Shown here piece by piece: positions 1 to 9,464 of a stretch of 32,000 nt of DNA. The stretch comes from Haloferax volcanii DS2 (GTDB lineage Archaea > Halobacteriota > Halobacteria > Halobacteriales > Haloferacaceae), in the NCBI RefSeq assembly GCF_000025685.1, contig NC_013964.1:360001-392000 (forward strand), read 5' to 3'. Under the pieces are notes generated by a model. That model did no database searches and was not told where the DNA came from. It saw nothing but the letters and a program-made list of their open reading frames with translations. Every line of letters starts with the position of its first letter. The first letter of the stretch is position 1. The translations under genes were made by a program, and so were the position numbers.

Positions 1-153
1 ATTACGACGGTACTACTGTAACGAGTCGCGGGCGCGGCTCGGCGTGACCGAACGACGGGCGACACGAGTGAAGGCGGCGTGAGCGGTGAAAAGAGGGGTG
101 ACGGCGCGAGTCAGGGCACGGCCAGTGCCACGGTCGTGGCGTCGAACGCCGGG

Positions 154-1146
154 TCAGTCCATCTCGCGGTTGTACGACTGCAACAGCGCGGAGGGGACCG
201 CGAGTCGGACGCTCTCGGTCCGGATGACCGCGTACGAGAGGACGGCAATCGTCGTCAGGTAGGGGTACGTAGACATAATCTGCGGGTTCATGAGCGTGTT
301 GACGAGCGGGTTGAGGACGCCGGCAAGGGGGGCGTTCGGGTCGAGGGCCAGCGAGAGCGACTGCGACCGGAGTTGAAGCGCGTCGAGCAGGCCGAAGAGG
401 TACGCGCCGACGAGCATCCTGCTGGGCCGCCACTGGGCGAAGACGACGAGTGCGACCGCAATCCAGCCGCGGCCCACGGTCATGCCGGGAACCCACAGTT
501 GGGAGAACGCCAGCGAGAGGTGCGCGCCGGCGGCCCCGGCGAAGCCGCCGCCGATGATGACCGCGAGATAGCGAAATTTGAACACCGGCACACCCATCGT
601 GTCGGCCATCTCGGGGTCTTCGCCGACAGCGATGATTTCGAGACCGAGGTTCGACCGATACAGGAAAAACCAGACGACCGGCACCGCGAGGAGCGCGAGG
701 TAGTCGGTTGCGGTACTGCGGAAGAACGCCTCACCGACGAGTGGAAGGTGGACGAGGTAGCGGCCGACTATCGGGAAAGTCATCTGGGGGAAGCCGGTGA
801 TGGACTCTTGGACCCACCCGGACCCGAAGAACGTCGTCAGGCCGGTCCCCAACAGCGTCAGCATGACGCCGCTTATGACCTGGTTCGACTTCAGGGAGAT
901 ACAGAGGAACGCGTGGACGGCCGCGAGCGCCATCCCGCAGGCGATGCCGACACCGAAGCCGAGCCAGTAGTTCCCCGTAACGGCGGTGACGACGAACCCG
1001 CCGAGCGCGCCGACGAGCATCATCCCCTCGACGCCGAGGTTGAGGACGCCCGCGCGCTCGCTGATGAGCTCTCCGAGCCCGGCCAACAACAGCACCGTCG
1101 CGGCCTGCACCGTCGCGTTCAGGAGGCCGGCGGCGAAGCTCACCAC
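154..1146 (-). CDS. ABC transporter permease (CUT2/BMP nucleoside-type, second permease)
   Basis: 330-aa ORF with high GC3. GTG start overlaps the stop of the upstream permease. Multi-span hydrophobic protein with the segment LLLAGLGELISERAGVLNLGVEGMM, typical of RbsC/YufQ-like permeases. Last gene of an ATPase-permease-permease operon. Confidence 0.85.
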   Translation of the reverse strand: MVSFAAGLLNATVQAATVLLLAGLGELISERAGVLNLGVEGMMLVGALGGFVVTAVTGNYWLGFGVGIACGMALAAVHAFLCISLKSNQVISGVMLTLLGTGLTTFFGSGWVQESITGFPQMTFPIVGRYLVHLPLVGEAFFRSTATDYLALLAVPVVWFFLYRSNLGLEIIAVGEDPEMADTMGVPVFKFRYLAVIIGGGFAGAAGAHLSLAFSQLWVPGMTVGRGWIAVALVVFAQWRPSRMLVGAYLFGLLDALQLRSQSLSLALDPNAPLAGVLNPLVNTLMNPQIMSTYPYLTTIAVLSYAVIRTESVRLAVPSALLQSYNREMD

Positions 1147-2282
1147 CGCGCATCACCGCCTGTGGCGTCGGCCGGCGCGTCGTTCCCCCGCCGGTCGAAC
1201 GCGATGCCGACTCGGTAGCGCTTGAAGAACTCCGAGGTGATGAGAAAGAGGATGACGAGCGCCTGAATGATTTCGACCAACGCCGCGGGGACGCCGAAGG
1301 CGACCTCGACGCTCGACCCGCCGACGAACAGGACGGCGAAAAACAGCCCGGCGAGCGTGACCTTGACCGCGCTGTTGCGGCCCAGGAGGGCGATGGGAAT
1401 CGCGGTGAACCCGTAGCCGGGGGCGAAGGCGGCGCGGAACCGCCCCTGCGAGCCGGCGATTTCAGCGATGCCGCCGAGCGCCGCGAACGCGCCGCCGAGG
1501 AGGAAGACGAACAGGTACACCGTGTGCCGGCTCATCCCCGCCTGCCGGGCGGCCTCGTCGTTCGAGCCGACGAACGTGACCTCGAAGCCGAGGCGCGTCT
1601 TGGTCATGACGACGTACGTGGCGACGACCGCTGCGACGGCGACCAACAGGCCGGCGTGAACGTCCGCGAAGAGCGGTATCGACTCGCCGCCGGGCACGAG
1701 TCCGGCGAGCGGCGGGAGGGTCGCGGCGTCCGAAAAGCGAGCCGACTGCGGGAAGTTCCCGGTGCCGCCCTGCATGGGACCGCGGAGCAGGTAGCTCTGG
1801 AGTTCCTGTGCGACGAACGTCAACAGAAGCGAGGTGATAATCTCGTTGACGTCCCACTTCGCGCGGAGCCACGCGGGGATGCCCGCCCAGAACGCGCCGG
1901 CGACGCAGGCGGCGAGAAACATCAGCGGGAGCAACGCCACGGCGGGAAGCGAGACGTTTACGGCGACCCACGTGCCGGCGAGCGCGCCGAGGAGGAGCTG
2001 TCCCTCGGCACCGATGTTGAACAGCCCCGCCTTCAGCGGGAGATACACCGCGAGGCCCGCCAGAATCAGGGGGACCGCCCTGACGAGGACCTCCGTGAGG
2101 CCGAACTGGCTGGTGAGCGTCTCGACGAACATCACGCCGTAGGCGTCCACCGGGTCGACGTTCAGCGCGACGAGCGCGACGCCGCCGACGGCTAAGGCCG
2201 CGAGGACCGTCAGTACCGGCGTCCCGTAGGCTAGCCACGCGGGGACGGTTCGACGGGGGTCGAGTTGCAGTTCGACGTTCAT
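1140..2282 (-). CDS. ABC transporter permease (CUT2/BMP nucleoside-type, first permease)
   Basis: 380-aa hydrophobic ORF. Its ATG overlaps the ATPase stop (ATGA at 2279-2282). Contains LKAGLFNIGAEGQLLLGAL, a YufP/RbsC-like permease segment. Confidence 0.85.
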   Translation of the reverse strand: MNVELQLDPRRTVPAWLAYGTPVLTVLAALAVGGVALVALNVDPVDAYGVMFVETLTSQFGLTEVLVRAVPLILAGLAVYLPLKAGLFNIGAEGQLLLGALAGTWVAVNVSLPAVALLPLMFLAACVAGAFWAGIPAWLRAKWDVNEIITSLLLTFVAQELQSYLLRGPMQGGTGNFPQSARFSDAATLPPLAGLVPGGESIPLFADVHAGLLVAVAAVVATYVVMTKTRLGFEVTFVGSNDEAARQAGMSRHTVYLFVFLLGGAFAALGGIAEIAGSQGRFRAAFAPGYGFTAIPIALLGRNSAVKVTLAGLFFAVLFVGGSSVEVAFGVPAALVEIIQALVILFLITSEFFKRYRVGIAFDRRGNDAPADATGGDARW

Positions 2283-3931
2283 GAGCTCCCACCGAGTCCT
2301 CGGACTTGAGCGCCCGCGGTCGCGGTGGCGTCCCCGCCGCCGGTCATTTCGAGCCCGATTCGCTCGCGGTCGGCGTCCTCGGGCGTCGTCTCGTAGACGA
2401 CCTCGCCCTCGTAGACGACGAGGATGCGGTCGCTCAGGTCGATAATCTCGTCGAGGTCCTCCGAGAGCAGCACCACGCCGGTCCCCTCGGTCCGCTGGTC
2501 GAGAATCGCCTCGCGGATGGACTCTATCGCGCCGACGTCGACGCCGCGGGTGGGCTGGTTCGCGACGAGGAGGTCGGGGTCACGGGAGATTTCTCGGGCG
2601 AGAATGAGCTTCTGTAAGTTACCGCCCGAGAGGTCGCCGGCCGTCGCGTCGGTCACGTCGTGGACGCCGCGAACGTCGAACGCCTCGACGAGCGCCTCGG
2701 CGTGCGCCCGGAGTTCGCCGTAGTCCAGCGTCACCCCGCTCCCGAAGCGGTCCTCGCGGAAATCCTTCATCGCCGCGTTGTGCATCACAGAAAGGTCCCC
2801 CGCGGAGCCGTAGCGGTTTCTATCTTCGGGGACGAACGAGACGCCGTTGTCGATAAACGTCCGGGGCGAGGCGTTCGTGAGGTCCCTCCCGTCGACAGTC
2901 AGTTCGCCCGCGGAGACAGTGCGGAGTCCGGCGATGACTTCCGCGAGTTCCTTCTGCCCGTTACCGCTGACGCCGGCGATGCCGACAACCTCACCGCGGC
3001 GAACCGTGAGGTCGACGTTCGACAGCGCCTCGATGCCGCGGTCGTCCGTGGCGGAGACGTTCCGCGCCCGGAGGACTGGCTCGCCGGGGGCGACGCGTTC
3101 TCTGTCGACCGTGAACAGCACTTCGCGGCCGACCATCATCTCCGCGAGGTCGGCTCGAGAAACGTCTGACGTGGAGACGGTGCCGACGTTCTCGCCGTCG
3201 CGGAGGACGGTCACGCGGTCGACGACCGCTTCGACCTCCTCGAGCTTGTGCGTGATGAAGATAATCGACACGCCCTCGTCGGTGAGGCGTTCGAGCGAGT
3301 CAAAAAGGAGGTCGGCCTCGGTCGGCGTCAACACGGCCGTCGGCTCGTCGAGGATGAGCAGGTCGACATCGCGGTACAGCGCCTTGAGAATCTCGACGCG
3401 CTGTTGCTGGCCGACGCCCAGCTCCCAGACTTTCGCGCTCACGTCGATGTCGAAGCCGTACCGGTCGGCCAGTTCTTGGATGCGCCGCTCCGGAACGTCG
3501 AGGCCGAGCGAAAACCGCCCGGCGAGCGACTGGACGAGCGAATTGGAGCGGACGGCGTCCGGGAGCCATCCGCCCGCGTCCGCGTCCGGGCGAAACGGCG
3601 TCGCCGGCTCGCGCTCGCCGAGGACGACGTTCTCCGCGACGGTTAGACGGGGAATCAACATGAAGTGCTGGTGGACCATCCCGATTCCCGCGTCGATAGC
3701 GTCCTGCGGGGAGTCCAGCCGAAGCCGCGTTCCGGAGAGGGAGATTTCGCCGTCGTCCTGCGAGTAGAGACCGTACAGAATCTTCATGAGCGTGCTCTTT
3801 CCAGCGCCGTTCTCGCCGAGCAACCCGTGGATTTCACCGCGCTCGACGGTGAGGTCAATGTGGTCGTTGGCCACGACGCCCGGAAACGCTTTCACGATGT
3901 TCTCCATCCGGAGAAATGGTTCCCTTGTCAT
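2279..3931 (-). CDS. ABC transporter ATP-binding protein with two tandem ATPase domains (CUT2 type)
   Basis: 550 aa. Two Walker A motifs (GENGAGKST, GVSGNGQKE), Walker B LLILDEPTA, and signature-like LSGGNLQKLILAREI. First gene of the minus-strand operon, divergent from the adenine deaminase. Confidence 0.9.
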   Translation of the reverse strand: MTREPFLRMENIVKAFPGVVANDHIDLTVERGEIHGLLGENGAGKSTLMKILYGLYSQDDGEISLSGTRLRLDSPQDAIDAGIGMVHQHFMLIPRLTVAENVVLGEREPATPFRPDADAGGWLPDAVRSNSLVQSLAGRFSLGLDVPERRIQELADRYGFDIDVSAKVWELGVGQQQRVEILKALYRDVDLLILDEPTAVLTPTEADLLFDSLERLTDEGVSIIFITHKLEEVEAVVDRVTVLRDGENVGTVSTSDVSRADLAEMMVGREVLFTVDRERVAPGEPVLRARNVSATDDRGIEALSNVDLTVRRGEVVGIAGVSGNGQKELAEVIAGLRTVSAGELTVDGRDLTNASPRTFIDNGVSFVPEDRNRYGSAGDLSVMHNAAMKDFREDRFGSGVTLDYGELRAHAEALVEAFDVRGVHDVTDATAGDLSGGNLQKLILAREISRDPDLLVANQPTRGVDVGAIESIREAILDQRTEGTGVVLLSEDLDEIIDLSDRILVVYEGEVVYETTPEDADRERIGLEMTGGGDATATAGAQVRGLGGSS

Positions 3932-4079
3932 GTGGTATATTCACAGGAGTGTATTGAATCCACCAAGATAACTGTTCTCATGACCGGAATATTTGTTTTG
4001 ACGTGCCCATCTGTTCGGGGGTGTTCGGATGACGTGGGGAAATTCATAAATCCCGCCTCCGACAAGAGCGCCTATCGAT

Positions 4080-5807
4080 GTGGACACCGACCGCCTCTCG
4101 GATAGCCGAATCGAACGGAGCGCAACGATGAGCGACGAACCGGTTGACCTCCTCGTCAGCGGGAACCTCGTCAACGTCGACACGGGGACCGTCTCGGAGT
4201 CGTTCGTCGCCGTGGACGACGGGCGAATCGTCGCGCTCGAAGAGCGACCGGCGGCCCGCGAACTCGACGCGGAGTACATCGCGCCCGGTCTCATCGACGC
4301 GCACATGCACGTCGAGTCGTCGATGGTGACGCTCCCGCAGTACGCCGACGCGGTGGTGCCGCGGGGCGTCACGAGCGTGGTTCACGACCCGCACGAGATT
4401 GCGAACGTGAGCGGCGTCGCCGGCGTCGAGGCGATGATGGCCGACGCGACACGGACGCCGCTGAAAGTCCGCTTTACCGTTCCGTCGTCGGTCCCGGCGA
4501 CGACGTTACAGGACGGGGGCGCGACGCTCGATGCCGAGGCCGTCGACGCCCTGCTCGGGGAAGACGAGGTCGTCGCGCTGGGCGAAGTGATGAACGTTCC
4601 CGGCGTCGTCGCCGGCGACGACTCCGTCCACGAGAAGATTCGGGCCGCGAGGGACCACGGGCTGACGGTCGACGGACACGCGCCTCGGGTACGCGGAAGC
4701 GACCTCCAGACGGTCGCCCGATACCTCGACAACGACCACGAGAGCATCAGTCTCGCGGAAGCCCGAGAGAAAGTCGAGGCGGGACTCCGCGTCTACCTCA
4801 GGGAGGGTTCCGCGAGCAAGAACCTCGCGGACGTGGTCGGTCTCGTCGACGAGGTGGGCAGTCGGCGGCTCTCGCTGTGTACCGACGACAGAGACGTCGT
4901 CGACCTCGTCGAGCGGGGCGGCGTCGACTTCGCGGTTCGAAAGGCCATCCGGTTGGGTGTCGACCCGGTTGAGGCGGTGCAGATGGCGACCGTCAACACC
5001 GCCGAGAGCTACGGGCTCCCCTTCGGGCGGATTCGGCCGGGGGCACCGGCTGACCTCGTCTTGCTCTCGGACCTGCGAACGTGGGAGGTGGACCACGTCG
5101 TCGTCGACGGAGCGGTCGACCCGACGAAGGGTGGTGGCGCGCCGCCGGCGTCGGCCATAGCGACCGGCACCGTGAGGTTCGAACCGGTGTCGGCGGCGGA
5201 CCTCGCGGTGCGACACGCGGGGGACTACCCCGTGCGAGTCAGAGTCATCGACGCGGTCGGCGGACTCCAGACAGGACGGGCGGAAGCAGACGTTCCCGTC
5301 GCGCCGGTCAACGAGGAACGGGTCCTCACCGCGAACGCGGACGACGACGTGCTTCCACTCGCCGTCATCGAACGGCACGGGGAAGCGGGCGGCATCGGCC
5401 GCGGATTCGTCCGCGGGCTCGGGCTGGAGCGGGGCGCTGTGGGATCGACGGTGGCCCACGACGCGCACAACTGCATCGTCGCCGGCGTCGACCACGACTC
5501 GATGGCGACCGTGGCGAACCACCTCCGGGATGTCGGCGGCGGCGTCGCGGCGTACGACCCGGAGGACGACGCCCTGTCGTCGCTGGCGCTTCCGATGGGA
5601 GGGTTGATGTCGGACGAATCGCTGGGGACCGTAAAGGAGACGTTCGAATCAGTCGAGGCGACCGCCGACGACCTCGGACTCGACCGCGACGGTGGCCTGA
5701 TGGCGCTGTCGTTTCTCGCCCTCGAAGTGATTCCGACGTACCGACTCACCAACAACGGGCTGGTCGACGTGGAGTCGTTCGAGTACGTGCCGACAGTTAT
5801 CGACTGA
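4080..5807 (+). CDS. ade: adenine deaminase
   Basis: Amidohydrolase metal motif LIDAHMHVESSMV near the N-terminus. The ~560-575 aa length and two-domain layout are typical of Ade. Adjacent to a nucleoside-type ABC system. The start is ambiguous: GTG 4080 sits about 30 nt after the TATA-like CATAAAT at 4045-4051, and ATG 4128 (MSDEPVDLLV...) is the alternative. Confidence 0.8.
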   Translation: MDTDRLSDSRIERSATMSDEPVDLLVSGNLVNVDTGTVSESFVAVDDGRIVALEERPAARELDAEYIAPGLIDAHMHVESSMVTLPQYADAVVPRGVTSVVHDPHEIANVSGVAGVEAMMADATRTPLKVRFTVPSSVPATTLQDGGATLDAEAVDALLGEDEVVALGEVMNVPGVVAGDDSVHEKIRAARDHGLTVDGHAPRVRGSDLQTVARYLDNDHESISLAEAREKVEAGLRVYLREGSASKNLADVVGLVDEVGSRRLSLCTDDRDVVDLVERGGVDFAVRKAIRLGVDPVEAVQMATVNTAESYGLPFGRIRPGAPADLVLLSDLRTWEVDHVVVDGAVDPTKGGGAPPASAIATGTVRFEPVSAADLAVRHAGDYPVRVRVIDAVGGLQTGRAEADVPVAPVNEERVLTANADDDVLPLAVIERHGEAGGIGRGFVRGLGLERGAVGSTVAHDAHNCIVAGVDHDSMATVANHLRDVGGGVAAYDPEDDALSSLALPMGGLMSDESLGTVKETFESVEATADDLGLDRDGGLMALSFLALEVIPTYRLTNNGLVDVESFEYVPTVID

Positions 5808-5943
5808 CAGCAGAACGACCGTCGCGGCGCGTGGAGTCGATATTCGTCCACAGAAACATCGTATTCAGCGACATTCGATTTCAAAACGGGGAGGAACTGA
5901 CTTGTATGACAATTATATCTAGAAGATGATGAAAATATTTAAG

Positions 5944-5950
5944 TATAAAT
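5944..5950 (+). promoter_or_regulatory. TATA-like box for the BMP lipoprotein gene (leaderless-type spacing)
   Basis: TATAAAT lies in an AT-rich stretch 27-33 nt upstream of ATG 5977. Confidence 0.45.
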
Positions 5951-5976
5951 TACAATGACAAGTAAGCGGTTACGCG

Positions 5977-7152
5977 ATGTTAGACGAGGAATCTTCGATT
6001 CAGCGGAGAGACGTACTGAGTGCGCTCGGTGCCGCCGGCGTCACCACGCTCGCGGGTTGTACCGGTGGAGACACCGGAGACACCGACGACACGGAGGCGA
6101 GCGAAACGACGGCCAGCGAGGGAACGACCAGTGGAACGACGACCGGCGACGTCGAGACCACCGACGGCGGGGGGCCAAGCGAGGGAGAGACGGTCAACGC
6201 CGCGTGGGTGTACATCTCCGAAATCGGTGATCTCGGGTGGTCGTGGGCGCACGACCAAGCCCGGCAGGCCGTCGACGAGCAGTACGACTGGTTGGAGACG
6301 GAGTACACGGAGGCCGTCGCGCCCTCGGACTCCGAGCGGGTCTTCGAGCAGTACGCCCAAGGGGACGTGGACGTGATATTCGGAACCACGTTCGGCTACC
6401 AGGACCCGATGTACGCGGTGGCGGAGGACTACCCGGACACCGTGTTCGAACACGCGACGGGCTACCGGACGCGGGAGAACATGGGTCGCTACATGGGTCG
6501 CATCTACGAGCCGCGGTATCTGGCCGGACAGGCCACCGGAATGGTCACCGAGAACAACACCATCGGGTACGTGGCCGCGTTTCCGATTCCGGAGGTCGTT
6601 CGGTCCATCAACGCGATGGCGCTGGGCGCGCGCTCCGTCAACCCCGAGGCGACGTTCAAGGTTCGCTGGGTCAACGCCTGGTTCGACCCGCCGACGGCAA
6701 GAGAGGCCGCGAACGCGCTCATCGACGAGGGCTGTGACGTCATCGCCCAAGAGCAGGACTCGCCGGCGGCGGTCAGGGCCGCCAGCGACGCCGGCGTCTG
6801 GACCTCAGGGTACAACGCTCCGATGGGGCAGTTCGGCGGTGAGAACTACCTTATCTCACCGATTTGGGACTGGACCGAGTTCTACGGTCCGACCCTCGAA
6901 TCGCTCCACGAGGGGTCGTGGGAAGCCGATGCGTTCTGGGGCGGGATGGAGACGGGCGTTCCGATGCTCGACGAGTGGGGACCGAACGTCTCACAGGAGG
7001 TCAAAGACCAGGTCGCCGCGACGGAAGAGCAAATCCTGAACGACGAACTCGACGTGTGGGCGGGCAGCGCGTTCGAGGGGGAAAGCGACGAGTTCCTCTT
7101 CCAAGAGATGAGCAGTTTCGTCGAGGGCGTCGAAGGCGAAGTGCCGAGCTAA
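5977..7152 (+). CDS. BMP-family (Med/PnrA-like) ABC substrate-binding lipoprotein, Tat signal
   Basis: N-terminus has the twin-arginine motif IQRRDVL followed by lipobox LAGC and a Thr/Gly/Asp-rich linker. The mature part has BMP-like segments (GYVAAFPIPEVVRSINAMALGARSVNP, VRWVNAWFDP). Probable partner of the divergent permease/ATPase operon. Confidence 0.8.
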   Translation: MLDEESSIQRRDVLSALGAAGVTTLAGCTGGDTGDTDDTEASETTASEGTTSGTTTGDVETTDGGGPSEGETVNAAWVYISEIGDLGWSWAHDQARQAVDEQYDWLETEYTEAVAPSDSERVFEQYAQGDVDVIFGTTFGYQDPMYAVAEDYPDTVFEHATGYRTRENMGRYMGRIYEPRYLAGQATGMVTENNTIGYVAAFPIPEVVRSINAMALGARSVNPEATFKVRWVNAWFDPPTAREAANALIDEGCDVIAQEQDSPAAVRAASDAGVWTSGYNAPMGQFGGENYLISPIWDWTEFYGPTLESLHEGSWEADAFWGGMETGVPMLDEWGPNVSQEVKDQVAATEEQILNDELDVWAGSAFEGESDEFLFQEMSSFVEGVEGEVPS

Positions 7153-7236
7153 TCCGCGTCTGCCGGGGATGCGCGGCGGAGCACGACGACGGTCGACCGG
7201 CCGACCGACGGACGAGTATGCCAACCCACAGCGCAC

Positions 7237-7241
7237 TTTTT
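7237..7241 (+). terminator. possible oligo-T terminator after the BMP lipoprotein gene
   Basis: T5 run in gcgcacTTTTTgcggccgcg, about 85 nt after the stop at 7152. There is no strong hairpin immediately upstream. Confidence 0.3.
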
Positions 7242-7455
7242 GCGGCCGCGAACTACCGCAGACGACGAGGGCCACCGGACCCCCGCCGGTGGTGGCGACC
7301 CGGAGTCACTGCGTTCGGCTATGGTAAACGAATTTCGCGGATTCCGAGAACGGACAGACCCGCCCTTAGACCGGAATATGAGAATAAGGCCAAATATAGT
7401 GTATTTACCGTACGTACATATTCATGTAGCATCGTATAGTTAACATAGGCGAACG

Positions 7456-7461
7456 TTAATA
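7456..7461 (+). promoter_or_regulatory. TATA-like box for the first IclR gene
   Basis: TTAATA lies 25-30 nt upstream of ATG 7486. Confidence 0.4.
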
Positions 7462-7485
7462 CGGGAGGAGTGACACAACCACACT

Positions 7486-8280
7486 ATGAAACAGACGGGG
7501 CAAAAAGGGGGGCCACGGACGCTGAAGACGGTCACGACGGCGTCACGGGTTCTCGACGCCGTCAAAGACTGCGATGGAATCGGTGTTTCGGAGCTCTCCG
7601 ACTATTTGGACATCTCGAAGAGCACGGCGTACATCCATCTCAGGACGCTGGAGGAAAACGGCTTGCTCGTCCAGCGCGGGGACCGCTACCGGTTCGCGTT
7701 CAAATTCACCGTCCTCGGAGAGTACGCGCGGAATCAGAGCCCGCTGTACCGATACGGTAAGCCGGAGGTCGAAAAACTCGCGGCGGAGACCGACCAGTAC
7801 ACGCACATCGTCACCGAGGAGAACGGCTACGGGGTCAACCTCTACCAGGTGAAAGGGGACACGAGCGTCGATGGAGAGTACCAGACCGAGAAGGTACAGA
7901 GCCAAGACCACCTCCACTACACCGCCTCCGGAAAGGCGATTTTGGCCGCCCTTCCCGACGAGCGAGTCGAGAAAATCATCGAACAACGCGGACTCCCTGC
8001 GCAGACGAAAGCCACTATCACCGACCGCGAGGCGCTGTTCGACGAACTCGAACAGATTCGCGAGCGCGGCTACGCGTACAACGACGAAGAGGAGATCAGA
8101 GGGTTTCGCGCCATCGGTGCGCCAATCGAAGACCCGAGCGGGCAGGTGCTCGGTTCGGTGAGCGTGTCGGGCCCGACCAGTCTCCTGCAAGGCGAGCAGT
8201 TCCAAGAGCACGTCCCGAAACTCGTCACGCAGTCCGCGAACGTCATCGAGGTCAACATCAACATGAACGCGCAGTCGTAG
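7486..8280 (+). CDS. IclR-family transcriptional regulator
   Basis: 264 aa. N-terminal winged HTH (VSELSDYLDISKSTAYIHLRTLEENGLL). C-terminal effector domain with SGKAILAALPDERVEKII, YAYNDEEEIRGFRAIGAPI and LGSVSVSGP, typical of IclR. Confidence 0.9.
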   Translation: MKQTGQKGGPRTLKTVTTASRVLDAVKDCDGIGVSELSDYLDISKSTAYIHLRTLEENGLLVQRGDRYRFAFKFTVLGEYARNQSPLYRYGKPEVEKLAAETDQYTHIVTEENGYGVNLYQVKGDTSVDGEYQTEKVQSQDHLHYTASGKAILAALPDERVEKIIEQRGLPAQTKATITDREALFDELEQIRERGYAYNDEEEIRGFRAIGAPIEDPSGQVLGSVSVSGPTSLLQGEQFQEHVPKLVTQSANVIEVNINMNAQS

Positions 8281-8594
8281 TCGATGGGACGGGGCGTTTG
8301 TAATGTTCGAACGCGCTTCCAAACGGGAGTCGTATGAGAATATTGTTAAATCCCCACGATATTCATCTTGCATCGCCTTGGAGAACGCTCAATATCACCG
8401 ACATCAGCACTCTCTGTTGGAGTTGATTCGTCACACCCACACAAGTGTGTTATCACCGTACAATACACCGTGCGCGATGACACGGATGCGGGAGCGGCAG
8501 ATAATTTTACACATCTACGACCGTAATCCGCTGCGACGAAGTGCTGAAATTGTATCATTAGATAGTCACGATTCGAGAGCATATAAAGTTCGGC

Positions 8595-8665
8595 AAAAAC
8601 GAACGTAACCGTCGGGCGAGCCAGGAGAGCGGGCGAAGACCGCGGGTTCGGCTCGCTCGAACCCG
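8595..8665 (-). terminator. candidate terminator of the second IclR gene
   Basis: An 8-bp stem CGGGTTCG/CGAACCCG with a 7-nt loop (8643-8665) starts 2 nt after the stop codon. Further downstream on the minus strand is a T5 run (A5 at 8595-8599 on plus) inside the small dyad GTTCG-TTTTTGC-CGAAC. Confidence 0.45.
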
Positions 8666-8667
8666 AG

Positions 8668-9435
8668 TCACGCGAGCGCGAGTTCCAGTTCGAACTCGCT
8701 GACGATGTCCTTGACCGTGTGTGCGAGTTCGGCCTTCCGGTCCTCGCCGGTCACCGAGTGGGCCGGGCCCGTGACGCTGAAACCGCCGATAACGTCGCCC
8801 GAACGGCGCGTCGCGGCGACGCCGATGGCGTAGAGTTCGTTGAAGTTCTCGGCGCGGTTGACGGCGTAGCCCTGCTCGCGGACGCGCTCCAGTTCCTCGA
8901 ACAGCGCCTCGCGGTCGGTGGTGGTGTTTTCCGTCTCCTGCGGCAGGCCCCACCGGTCGAGTATCTGTTCGATGCGCGGTTCGGGGAGTTCCGCGAGAAT
9001 CGCCTTCCCGACGGCGGTGTTGTGCAGGAACAACCGATTGCCGAGTTGCTCGTGGGACCACCCCATCTTGCTCCCCGAGGCGGTGTGCAGGAAGACGGCC
9101 TTCCCACCCATCTCGACGGTGAAAATCGACCGAAGGCGGGTCTCTTCGAACAGTCGCTCGGTGAACTGCCGCGCGAGGACGAACGCCGGTTCCCGCGTCC
9201 GGACTTGGTTCCCTAACCGAAGCAGTTCCGGGCCGATGAAGTAGAAATCGCCCTCCTTGATGACGAACTGTTCCTGCTTGAGCGTCGCGAGGTGACCGTG
9301 AATCGTGCTTTTGGGCTTGTCCATCCGCTCGGCGATTTCGGAGACTCGCGCGCCGTCTATCGCTTCGAGTTGCTTCAGAATCGCTATCGAGGTGGCGGTC
9401 GTCCGGAGCGTCTTTGGTGAGTTATCCGTTGGCAT
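8668..9435 (-). CDS. IclR-family transcriptional regulator (second, divergent paralog)
   Basis: 255 aa. HTH VSEIAERMDKPKSTIHGHLATLKQEQFV. C-terminal motifs VGKAILAELPEPRIEQIL, GYAVNRAENFNELYAIGVA and IGGFSVTGP. Convergent with the first IclR gene. Confidence 0.9.
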   Translation of the reverse strand: MPTDNSPKTLRTTATSIAILKQLEAIDGARVSEIAERMDKPKSTIHGHLATLKQEQFVIKEGDFYFIGPELLRLGNQVRTREPAFVLARQFTERLFEETRLRSIFTVEMGGKAVFLHTASGSKMGWSHEQLGNRLFLHNTAVGKAILAELPEPRIEQILDRWGLPQETENTTTDREALFEELERVREQGYAVNRAENFNELYAIGVAATRRSGDVIGGFSVTGPAHSVTGEDRKAELAHTVKDIVSEFELELALA

Positions 9436-9457
9436 ACCTCAATATTTTCGGCTATGT

Positions 9458-9464
9458 ATTTAAA
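9458..9464 (-). promoter_or_regulatory. TATA-like box for the second IclR gene
   Basis: ATTTAAA (minus strand TTTAAAT) lies 23-29 nt upstream of ATG 9435. Confidence 0.45.

Noticed and set aside
2-1218. ORFs 2-496 (minus) and 79-1218 (plus).
   Set aside because: They overlap the permease gene in other frames and have Arg/Pro/Glu-rich junk composition. I could not support any gene in 1-153 from the few codons visible.
8303-8608. 101-aa plus-strand ORF in the AT-rich spacer between the IclR genes.
   Set aside because: It has low GC and no GC3 bias. The basic His/Arg/Ser-rich product is unlike the acidic proteome here, and I recognise no motif or start context. The region is kept as a non-coding curiosity, not a CDS.
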